DNA of 32,342 nt from Kiritimatiellia bacterium (GTDB taxonomy: Bacteria > Verrucomicrobiota > Kiritimatiellia > JAAZAB01), in the NCBI GenBank assembly GCA_040767085.1, contig JAXGPF010000021.1:1-32342 (forward strand). Direction: 5' to 3'. The translations under genes and the position numbers were made by a program. Shown one piece after another: positions 10,489 to 18,343 of the stretch. Below the pieces are notes generated by a model. It did not search any database and was not told the DNA's origin. It saw only the letters and a list, made by a program, of their open reading frames with translations. Numbering within the stretch: position 1 is the stretch's first letter; the number at the start of each line of letters is the position of its first letter.

Positions 10489-11621
10489 AACAACCACATG
10501 CCATAACCGTGAAACATCATGCCGGGCTGGGAACAATCCTGTCGCTGTGCCTGATATTCAATGCCGGCGCCGGCCTGGCCGTCACGCGCTACGTATCCAC
10601 CAACGGCGCGCATATTTCGCCCTACACGAACTGGGTAAATGCGTCCACCAATATTTTCCGGGCAGTTAACATCAGCAGCGATGACGACGTGATCGTTGTT
10701 TCCAACGGCGTACATTACTGTAACAGTATGGCCGTGGGGAAATCGGTGAAAATCCGCAGTCTGAACGGACCGGAGGTGACCGCCATTGACAACAGCCGGT
10801 ATTGGGGCTTGCTTTTGACTAACGCCGGCACGGTGGATGGATTTACCATCCAGAACGGCAGTAATGTCAATTCGAGCAGCATGCTGCTCCAGAACAATTC
10901 CGCGGTTATCAACAGCATATTCAAGGATAATTGGTCATACCGCGGCGGCGCCTTGCAGATGTCCACCGATTCGATGGTGTCCAACTGCGTTTTTTATAAC
11001 AATACGGGATCCAACCGCGCTGGAGCAGTTTATATTAATTCAGGATTAAACAACCGTATATACGACAGCATATTCTATAACAACCAGTGCCCTTATGGCC
11101 CAGGCGGCGCGATCTATGTGATCACAGGTGTCGAGTGCTATAATCTCCTGATCTATTCCAACCGGTCGGTAACAAGCACTGGCGGCGGCATTAACGCCAC
11201 CACTAACACTATGCTCTGGAATTGCACCATCGTTGATAACCGATCCTCCGGCCATGGCGGCGGAGTGAATGGTTCCGCCGGAGCATACAACTCGATCATT
11301 TTCAGCAACGACGCCACCGGGTCAGCATGGGACAACTGGTCCAGCAGCGTGAATTTCACGAACTGCTGCATCGGCTGGCAAGCCAGTCCGGATATCCTGG
11401 GTGAAAACAACATCACCAACGATCCGGCTTTCGTCGCACCGTTGGAAGGCGATTTCCGATTGACGCGCGGCTCGCTTTGCATTAACTCCGGGGTTTACCA
11501 GCCGTGGATGAACGATGCCGTTGACCTGGGCGGACATCCGCGGTTGGACCGGTTCAACCAACTTGTTGATCGCGGCTGTTATGAATACATCGAAAGTGGC
11601 TCCATGTTTACAATTCACTGA
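10485..11621 (+). CDS. Secreted right-handed beta-helix / choice-of-anchor-Q-like protein
   Basis: ATGA overlap with the upstream gene, AAGGAGG RBS, signal peptide, Asn-rich GGA(I/V)-FxxN repeats, C-terminal NITNDPAF...DFRL..GSLCINSG...DRGCYEY. Confidence 0.8.
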   Translation: MKQPHAITVKHHAGLGTILSLCLIFNAGAGLAVTRYVSTNGAHISPYTNWVNASTNIFRAVNISSDDDVIVVSNGVHYCNSMAVGKSVKIRSLNGPEVTAIDNSRYWGLLLTNAGTVDGFTIQNGSNVNSSSMLLQNNSAVINSIFKDNWSYRGGALQMSTDSMVSNCVFYNNTGSNRAGAVYINSGLNNRIYDSIFYNNQCPYGPGGAIYVITGVECYNLLIYSNRSVTSTGGGINATTNTMLWNCTIVDNRSSGHGGGVNGSAGAYNSIIFSNDATGSAWDNWSSSVNFTNCCIGWQASPDILGENNITNDPAFVAPLEGDFRLTRGSLCINSGVYQPWMNDAVDLGGHPRLDRFNQLVDRGCYEYIESGSMFTIH

Positions 11622-11630
11622 AATCGCTTT

Positions 11631-13310
11631 ATGCAAACTGTTTCCAGCGCCGTCATGCGTGAATTAGACTGCCGTGCCATCGCCGCCGGCGTGCTGGGCG
11701 AGCTTTTAATGGAGCGCGCCGGCCGGGCGGCGGCGGATGCGGCGGAGTTTTTCGCCGCCGCGCGCGCCGGGCCCGGCCGGCCGGCGCCCTGGATTCTGCT
11801 GGCCGCCGGGCATGGCAACAACGGCGGCGACGCCTTTGCCGCAGCGCGGCATCTGCAAGCGCGCGGACGCCGGGTAGAAGTCTGGCTGGCCGCCGCCGCC
11901 GCGCAAGTCAAGGGCGATGCCAGAACCCACCTGGAGCGCATGGTCAATGCGGGAATCCGACTTCGTGAAATGCCGGCGGCGGAAGCATGGAATCGTGCCG
12001 GCGACTGGGTCCAGTCCGGCGACTGGAGCCAGCCCGGCGACTGGGTCCAGTCCGGCGACTGGGTCCAGCCCGCCACCGACTGCGCCGGCAGCCCGCCGGC
12101 GGTGATTGTGGATGGCTTGCTGGGTACGGGCATCTCGGGCGCGCCGCGGGGGGTGATGGCAGCGGCAATTGAGTTCATCAACCGGCAGCATGCCGTCAGC
12201 CGCGTGGTAGCGGTGGATGTGCCTTCCGGCTTGAATGCCGATGACGGCACGGCGGCCGGCGCCGCCGTGCGCGCCGACTTCACCATCACCATGGCCTTGC
12301 CGAAAACCGGCCTGCTGCAGCCGGCGGCCCTGGACTTTGTCGGGGGGCTGGCCGTGGCCGATATCGGCATTCCACCTCCGCCGGCATCAGCACTGCCGGC
12401 GGCCGGACCGGATGCGCCGCCCGAATTGATTACGCCATCCGACCTGTCATGCCTGGCGCATCGCCGGCCGCGCGCCGCGCATAAGGGCAATTACGGACAT
12501 GTACTGGTGATTGCCGGCGCGCGCGGCTATACTGGCGCAGCCATCATGGCGGCCCGCGCCGCCTTGCGTTCCGGCACGGGCCTGGTAACCGTCTGGACGC
12601 CCGGCGGCATCCGCGCCGAGGTGGCCGCCGCGGTCCCGGAGGCCATGGTCCGGGGATTGCCGGGAAACGCATCCGGTTCCATCGCCAGCCTGGATGAGCC
12701 GGGACGGGCGCAATTGAAGGATGCCGGAAAATTTTCCGCCGTGCTGGCCGGGCCGGGCTTGACCGCCCATCCCGATACGGGGACGGCGACGGCGGAACTG
12801 CTGCGGATTTACCCCGGCCCGCTCGCGCTGGATGCGGACGCATTGAATGCCCTGGCCATGGCCCCGGCACACCTGGCAGCGCTGTGCGCGCGGCGGGGGG
12901 CGTCCATCATCACGCCGCACCCGGGCGAAATGGCGCGGCTGCTGCAAACCACATCGGCGGCCGTACAGGCTGATCGTTTCGCCGCCGCCCGGACCGCCGC
13001 CCTCCAGTTCGGGGTCGTGGTGATTTTAAAAGGCGCCGGCACCCTGGTCGCCGCCCCGGGCGCGCCCTTGCAGGTCAACCTGACGGGCAATCCCGGAATG
13101 GCCAAGGGCGGCAGCGGCGATGTGCTGGCCGGCCTGCTGGCCGGCCTGCTGGCGCAAGGCATGCCGCCGCATGCTGCCGCCCGGACCGCGGTATATCTGC
13201 ATGGCCGCGCCGGCGATTATGCCGCCCGCCGGCTCACGGAAAACGCCATGGCCGCCGGAGATATCATTGATTTTCTGCCCAAGGCCTGGGCGGAAGTGGC
13301 TGCGCGCTGA
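11631..13310 (+). CDS. nnr: Bifunctional NAD(P)H-hydrate epimerase/dehydratase (NnrE-NnrD, YjeF)
   Basis: LMERAG, GHGNNGGD, VDGLLGTG, AVDVPSG (epimerase); HKGNYG, GPGL, LDADAL, TPHPGEM, LKGAGT, GGSGDVLAG (dehydratase). Confidence 0.95.
   Translation: MQTVSSAVMRELDCRAIAAGVLGELLMERAGRAAADAAEFFAAARAGPGRPAPWILLAAGHGNNGGDAFAAARHLQARGRRVEVWLAAAAAQVKGDARTHLERMVNAGIRLREMPAAEAWNRAGDWVQSGDWSQPGDWVQSGDWVQPATDCAGSPPAVIVDGLLGTGISGAPRGVMAAAIEFINRQHAVSRVVAVDVPSGLNADDGTAAGAAVRADFTITMALPKTGLLQPAALDFVGGLAVADIGIPPPPASALPAAGPDAPPELITPSDLSCLAHRRPRAAHKGNYGHVLVIAGARGYTGAAIMAARAALRSGTGLVTVWTPGGIRAEVAAAVPEAMVRGLPGNASGSIASLDEPGRAQLKDAGKFSAVLAGPGLTAHPDTGTATAELLRIYPGPLALDADALNALAMAPAHLAALCARRGASIITPHPGEMARLLQTTSAAVQADRFAAARTAALQFGVVVILKGAGTLVAAPGAPLQVNLTGNPGMAKGGSGDVLAGLLAGLLAQGMPPHAAARTAVYLHGRAGDYAARRLTENAMAAGDIIDFLPKAWAEVAAR
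11998..12072 (+). repeat. In-frame 18-bp tandem repeat (CCGGCGACTGGGTCCAG[T/C]) x4 encoding GDWVQS/GDWSQP/GDWVQS/GDWVQP
   Basis: Units start at 11998, 12016, 12034 and 12052; the last base alternates T/C. Confidence 0.95.
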
Positions 13311-13352
13311 ATCCAACGCGGGCGTTTGTCCATGGCTTGGTACGGCCGCCCA

Positions 13353-14105
13353 TCACCCGCCGGATTGCCCGGTGAAAAAGCGCACGGCCTTCAGCAATTC
13401 CGGAAAATTATAAATAATGTAGTCCGGCTCAACGCCATCCCTGGCCTGCTGACCCTGGTTCGATTTAAAGAAAACCGTGCGTATGCCGAGTTTTTGGGCG
13501 CCGCCCACGTCGTGATACATGTCGTTGCCGATAAACAGCACATTCGCTGGTTGCAGCTGCATCAAGTTCAGCGCTTTTTCGAACAGACGCTGGTCCGGCT
13601 TCCGGTAGCCGAAGTCGCCGGAAATGATGATCGGATCGAAATATCCGAGCAGGCCGACGGCATTCAGTTCCGGAATCGCATAAGCCGTCTGTCCATCGGA
13701 AACGACAGCCAGCCGATATTGCCGCGCGAGTTGCTTGATGGTATCCTCAACTCCGGCGTAAAGTTTTAGATGGAAAAGCGAGGCCGCCCGGAAAGTTTCG
13801 GCAAGCAACAGCGGCAGTTGCTTCAGCTTTTCGGCCGGCAGCCGGCGCGTGAACCCGGTTGCATGCCGTCGGATGATCTCCCGGAAAACCGCCGCGGCGT
13901 CGAATTCCGGGTAGCGTTCGCCGCCCGCCGAGCGCTGTGCCTTCATGATTGAAAAATACAAATCCTGCAACTCGTCCGCGCCGATGAAAACCCCCTGGTA
14001 AACGAGCAGGTTGCTCATCACCCGGTAAACCTCCGAATGCCATTCGTTGGTGCGGATGTCCGTCAGCGTGCCGTTGATGTCGAAAATCAGACCCTTGATA
14101 ACCAT
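13353..14105 (-). CDS. HAD-superfamily hydrolase (subfamily IA-like)
   Basis: IFDINGTL (motif I), VVSDG (II), RKPD (III), IGNDMYHD (IV). The ATG at 14105 overlaps the upstream stop (TAATG). Confidence 0.88.
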   Translation of the reverse strand: MVIKGLIFDINGTLTDIRTNEWHSEVYRVMSNLLVYQGVFIGADELQDLYFSIMKAQRSAGGERYPEFDAAAVFREIIRRHATGFTRRLPAEKLKQLPLLLAETFRAASLFHLKLYAGVEDTIKQLARQYRLAVVSDGQTAYAIPELNAVGLLGYFDPIIISGDFGYRKPDQRLFEKALNLMQLQPANVLFIGNDMYHDVGGAQKLGIRTVFFKSNQGQQARDGVEPDYIIYNFPELLKAVRFFTGQSGG

Positions 14106-15115
14106 TAAAACCTCCGGAGGCATGCTTTGGCTTCCTCGATCAGGCGCCGGCGATAGTCATGGCCGACCCAATGATTGCGCGCAATGCGCAGCAGGTTGAT
14201 TCCCATATAGAACGGCGTTCGGCCGGTGATGGATCGGAAAGCGCTGTCACGATCGGGGAAATGACAGGCATATTCCCACAGGAAGTGGCCAATGAAAGGC
14301 TCCGCGGCGTGGGGATTGCCGGTGACGCGCATGAAAAAATGCTTCAGCTCGCCGGCCATGCGGCCCAGGTCAAAAACCCGGTCGTCGCGATGCGCGCGCT
14401 CCAGATCGAAAGCCACGATGCTCAGTCCGCCCCCGGCCATGAAGTTCTCCGGCGTAGCATCCCCGTGGACGAGCACCTGTTGATCTTCCCACATGCGCGG
14501 CTGATCGCGCCACCGGTCGCGCAGCCAATACAATTCGCCCGCTTCATCGCCGCCAACCCCGCCGATGTACAGCAGATTCCTGATCAGATGGTCCATGTAA
14601 TTGCAAGCATGCTGGAAATCCACGCGGATTCCGGCCGCGGTGCGATTATGGAAGGCCGCCAGAAAATACCCGAGCGCCGTGAGTTTGTGAAAAAGACGTC
14701 CGGCGTCGCCGCCGGAACTCGCCGCGGCAATCACGCTGCTCAGCAGTTCGCCTTCGCAGTTTTCGGTGACCAGCAGCGCATTCAAGGAGTAATTGCGCCC
14801 CAGCGGCCGCACCACATGGTGCGGATAGCCCGTCAGCCCGCGATCGCGTATGGTGCATAAATTGTCAAACTCGCGGGTCAGGCGCTGGGCTGCCTTATCC
14901 CCGTTCCGGTTGCGGCCGGACAAAAAAAACTTGCCCACGAATTTCGTCCCCGTGTGTTTGTCTTCATAAAGGAAAACGTCATTCGAGGCGTTCAGCCGGA
15001 AAACGCGGTATTCCGGCCGCCCGCCCGCGCCATTGATCAGCGGCTGAACATCATAACGCAAAAAGCCGTAAAGCGGATCGTCATCCCGCAGATGGCCCAG
15101 ATATTGCCGGTTCAT
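14105..15115 (-). CDS. Aminoglycoside-phosphotransferase/choline-kinase-like kinase
   Basis: FVGKFF (ATP-binding Lys), REFDNL, HGDATPENF (Brenner motif), AFDLE, DRVFDLG. Likely start MNRQYLG at 15115, 7 nt after the rsmA stop. Confidence 0.85.
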   Translation of the reverse strand: MNRQYLGHLRDDDPLYGFLRYDVQPLINGAGGRPEYRVFRLNASNDVFLYEDKHTGTKFVGKFFLSGRNRNGDKAAQRLTREFDNLCTIRDRGLTGYPHHVVRPLGRNYSLNALLVTENCEGELLSSVIAAASSGGDAGRLFHKLTALGYFLAAFHNRTAAGIRVDFQHACNYMDHLIRNLLYIGGVGGDEAGELYWLRDRWRDQPRMWEDQQVLVHGDATPENFMAGGGLSIVAFDLERAHRDDRVFDLGRMAGELKHFFMRVTGNPHAAEPFIGHFLWEYACHFPDRDSAFRSITGRTPFYMGINLLRIARNHWVGHDYRRRLIEEAKACLRRF

Positions 15116-15122
15116 AGTCAAC

Positions 15123-16010
15123 CTAAATCCTGCATTTGCCAACTGCCGGATCAGTCGCAAGCATGCCGGCGCCGCAATTGGCCAGCCGCCCCCACTCCGC
15201 CGCCCCCAGCGATTCGGGCCGGACCCGCGGATCAATGCCGGCGGCTCTGAACAATTGCGACAGTTTATCCGCGGGCCAGTCTGGCAAAACCGGCAGACCC
15301 CGCAACACCGTCCCCAATTGTTTACGGCGCCGGCCGAAGGCCTGTTTCGTTAACTCGAAGAAAAATTGGGGATCCGCCAGCTCGATGGCCGGCCGCGGCC
15401 GCCGGCGCAAGCGCACCACGGCGGATTTCACCAGCGGCGGCGGCCAGAAGCAGGTGGGCGAGATGATTTTGCAAATCTCCGTTTCGTAATTCAAGGCGGA
15501 CCACAACCCCAGCAAACCATAATCCCTGCCGCCGGGCGCGGCGGCCAGGCGCTGTCCGACTTCCAATTGCAAAGTCACCACCATACAGGCTGGGGGCTTG
15601 AGCAATTGTAAAAAATTCACCAGCATGGCCGTGCCGGAAGAATACGGCAGGTTGGCCACCACCTTGTAATCCCCCGCCGGCATGATGGCGGAGGATTCCA
15701 GTTCCAGCGCATCGCCGCAAATCAGCCGCGCATTTTTCATCCCGGCCAATTCCCGCGACAAGTGCTCATAAAGACGCCGGTCTTTTTCCACCGCCACCAG
15801 ACGGCCGGCCCGCGCCGCCAGAGCCAGGGTTAAAGCGCCAAGTCCGGGTCCGATTTCCAGCACCGCGTCCGCCCGGCTCACGCCGGCGGCTTCCAGGATA
15901 ATGCGGACAATGTTGGCATCCACCAGGAAATTCTGGCCCAGGCGTTTGGATGGGTGCCGGTTTTCCGCCAGCCAGAAAGTTCGAACATCCGCGAGTGACA
16001 CCGGATTCAT
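15123..16010 (-). CDS. rsmA: 16S rRNA m6,2A dimethyltransferase
   Basis: KRLGQNFL, VLEIGPGLGALT, VEKD, VVANLPY, FWPPPLVKSAV, AFGRRRKQL. Confidence 0.96.
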   Translation of the reverse strand: MNPVSLADVRTFWLAENRHPSKRLGQNFLVDANIVRIILEAAGVSRADAVLEIGPGLGALTLALAARAGRLVAVEKDRRLYEHLSRELAGMKNARLICGDALELESSAIMPAGDYKVVANLPYSSGTAMLVNFLQLLKPPACMVVTLQLEVGQRLAAAPGGRDYGLLGLWSALNYETEICKIISPTCFWPPPLVKSAVVRLRRRPRPAIELADPQFFFELTKQAFGRRRKQLGTVLRGLPVLPDWPADKLSQLFRAAGIDPRVRPESLGAAEWGRLANCGAGMLATDPAVGKCRI

Positions 16011-17074
16011 GAAGTTGCCCTGCGCCAGGGATTCGGCCGGCGCGCCAGGTCGTTGGCCAGAGCGATGGCGGCCTGCATGCTGCGCGGATCGGCGATGCCC
16101 CGTCCGGCGATATCGAAGGCCGTGCCATGATCGGGGGAAGTCCGCACGATCGGCAAACCGAGGGTCAAGTTCACTCCCGTATCAAACGCCAGCGTTTTCA
16201 GCGGACCCAAGCCCTGGTCATGATACATGGCCAGGACCGCCCCATAATGCCCGCGGGCCGCCTGGTAAAACACCGCGTCCGCCGGGATGGGGCCGGCAAC
16301 ATCCAGGCCCAAACGCCGCAGGCGGCGGATTGCCGGACGGATAATCCGGATTTCCTCGTTGCCCAGCACCCCGCCGTCGCCGGCATGCGGGTTCAGCGCG
16401 CAGACCGCCAGCGGTCCGGGTTGGCGGATTTTCCCGGCATCCAGCCAGGCGATGGCGGCGGCGGCCAGCCGGGCGGCGGCAATTATGCCGGCGCCGGTCA
16501 GCGCGCGCGGGACTTGCGCCAGCGGCAGGTGGCGGGTTGCCAGCACCACCCGCAGCGGTCCGCCCAGCAGCATCATGGCGATATTTTTGGCGCCGGTCAA
16601 CTCCGCCAGGTATTCCGTGTGCCCCGGGAAAGGCACGCCGGCCAAAGCCAGGCTTTGCTTGCAAAGCGGCGCGGTAACCATGCCGTCCAATCCGCCGGCC
16701 AGGCAGGCGCGCGCCGCGGCCGCGACCCAGGCGGCGGCCAGCCGCCCGTAGCGGCGGCATACCAGGCCGGACTGCCAGGCCAGTCGGTCCGGCGCGCCGG
16801 AGGGCGCCTCGGGCTGCCATAAGCTCACCCGTGACAGACGCCGGCGTTCCGCCGCGTCTTCGGGCAGGCGGGCGATGGTGGCCGGCATCGGCAGGCGCAA
16901 GCGTTGGGCGATAGATTCAGCCAGGCTGGCATGTCCGATCAGGACCAGTTTAGCGCCCGGCGCGACGCCGCGGGCATGCACCGCCTTCAGGGCGACTTCG
17001 GCGCCGATGCCGCCGGGATCGCCCAGGGTGATGCCAAGAATCTTCGATTTGGAGAGCGGAGCAGTAGATTTCAC
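16007..17074 (-). CDS. pdxA: 4-hydroxythreonine-4-phosphate dehydrogenase
   Basis: ITLGDPGGIGAE, VTAPLCK, FPGHTEYL, LNPHAGD, AMYHDQGL, TLGLPIVRTSPDHGTAFDIAG. Start uncertain; GTG 17074 avoids overlap with surA. Confidence 0.94.
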   Translation of the reverse strand: MKSTAPLSKSKILGITLGDPGGIGAEVALKAVHARGVAPGAKLVLIGHASLAESIAQRLRLPMPATIARLPEDAAERRRLSRVSLWQPEAPSGAPDRLAWQSGLVCRRYGRLAAAWVAAAARACLAGGLDGMVTAPLCKQSLALAGVPFPGHTEYLAELTGAKNIAMMLLGGPLRVVLATRHLPLAQVPRALTGAGIIAAARLAAAAIAWLDAGKIRQPGPLAVCALNPHAGDGGVLGNEEIRIIRPAIRRLRRLGLDVAGPIPADAVFYQAARGHYGAVLAMYHDQGLGPLKTLAFDTGVNLTLGLPIVRTSPDHGTAFDIAGRGIADPRSMQAAIALANDLARRPNPWRRATS

Positions 17075-17123
17075 AAGCGATCGATGCGTACCATCATGCC
17101 GCAGGCTGCAAATCTCCGCCAGA

Positions 17124-18101
17124 TCAAAACCGGCGGATATAGGCATCGCGTTTCAATCTCTGAATCCAGGTTTCATATAACTGCTTTGACTGGCGCCGGC
17201 GCAATTCATCGCGAATTTTATCCTGGACTTCTTCAAACGGCAATTGCGCCGCGGCGCGCCGGCCTTCCACCTTGACGATATATAACATTTCTCCAGCCGC
17301 CACTACCGGGCTGATGCCGCCGGGTTCGAGCGCCTGAATCGCCTCGGCTAATTCCGGCCGGCGGGTGGTGGGATCAATCCATCCCCAATAACCGCCATCG
17401 CCGGACTTGATGCCCTCCGAGACCTGGGTTGCCAGCGTGGCGAAATCCTGGCCATCCATGAGGCGCTGGCGGATTTCCCCGGCTTGCTTCAATTTTACCG
17501 CCTGCTCTTCGTCGGTCTGGCCGCGGTTCAGGGAGATCATGCGCAGTTCCACCTGGGCGGGCAGGCGGTAATTTTCCAAATCCGCTTCATAGGCGTCGCG
17601 CACGGCCCGCGGGGATACCAGCACCTTGTCTTCCACTTCATGTTCGCGCATGTAGGAAACAATCATGGTGTTGCGGAGCGACTCGCGCCATTCATCCATG
17701 GTCAGGTCTTCGGCTTCCAGCGCCTTGAGCAGGTCCGCCCGGCTGCCATTGAAGCGCGTGCGTTCGATTTGATCCATGCGGCTTTTGACCACGTTATCGG
17801 GGATGGTTCCCTGCATACGGCGGAAGGCGTCCAGGATCAATTCCCGCTCGATCAGTGATTCCAGGGTGTTGGTAAAGGCTTCTTCCACGCGGACGGACAG
17901 TTCCTCCCCCTGGAATGACTGCTGCAACTGGCGTTCCACCGGTTGCATGGCACTCAAAGTTTCGCGGACGGTGATCACCCGATCATTGACGGCCGCGGCA
18001 TAACCGTCCATGGGAATGCGGCGGCTGGCGGATTTTTCCGCGGCCGCGCATCCGATATGGGCGGCCATGGCTATCAAAACTGAAATTTGCCAAGCTTTCA
18101 T
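17124..18101 (-). CDS. surA: SurA-like periplasmic chaperone / parvulin PPIase
   Basis: Signal peptide, AAVNDRVIT, LIERELIL, DFATLATQVS...GGYWGW parvulin domain; lies upstream of pdxA-rsmA as in the conserved operon. Confidence 0.85.
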   Translation of the reverse strand: MKAWQISVLIAMAAHIGCAAAEKSASRRIPMDGYAAAVNDRVITVRETLSAMQPVERQLQQSFQGEELSVRVEEAFTNTLESLIERELILDAFRRMQGTIPDNVVKSRMDQIERTRFNGSRADLLKALEAEDLTMDEWRESLRNTMIVSYMREHEVEDKVLVSPRAVRDAYEADLENYRLPAQVELRMISLNRGQTDEEQAVKLKQAGEIRQRLMDGQDFATLATQVSEGIKSGDGGYWGWIDPTTRRPELAEAIQALEPGGISPVVAAGEMLYIVKVEGRRAAAQLPFEEVQDKIRDELRRRQSKQLYETWIQRLKRDAYIRRF

Positions 18102-18183
18102 ATGCAAGCGATTAAGACTCCCGTTTCCCCGGCCTTGCGGCGGACGCCGCGTCGCCATCCCTGCCACCCTGACTGTTTATCAC

Positions 18184-18212
18184 AATCTAGCAAGATTTGG
18201 CGGTCACTGCAA
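18184..18212 (-). promoter_or_regulatory. Putative sigma70 promoter for surA-pdxA-rsmA
   Basis: Minus strand TTGCAG-17 bp-TAGATT with an extended-10 TG, about 80 nt upstream of the surA ATG. Confidence 0.5.
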
Positions 18213-18343
18213 GCATCCGGTAAGCCGCGGCTTCCTGCCAGGCACATGTCATTTCCGTGGATTGCCGCCGTACTCCAAAATCGATCTCAACAACCGCCTG
18301 CGGCACTGACGTTCGGCTGATGGATTTACGCAACGCGGAAAAA

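Noticed and set aside
8252-12072. CRISPR array interpretation of the palindromic 18-bp repeats
   Set aside because: No unique spacers, the units lie in frame inside genes, and no cas genes are in the window.
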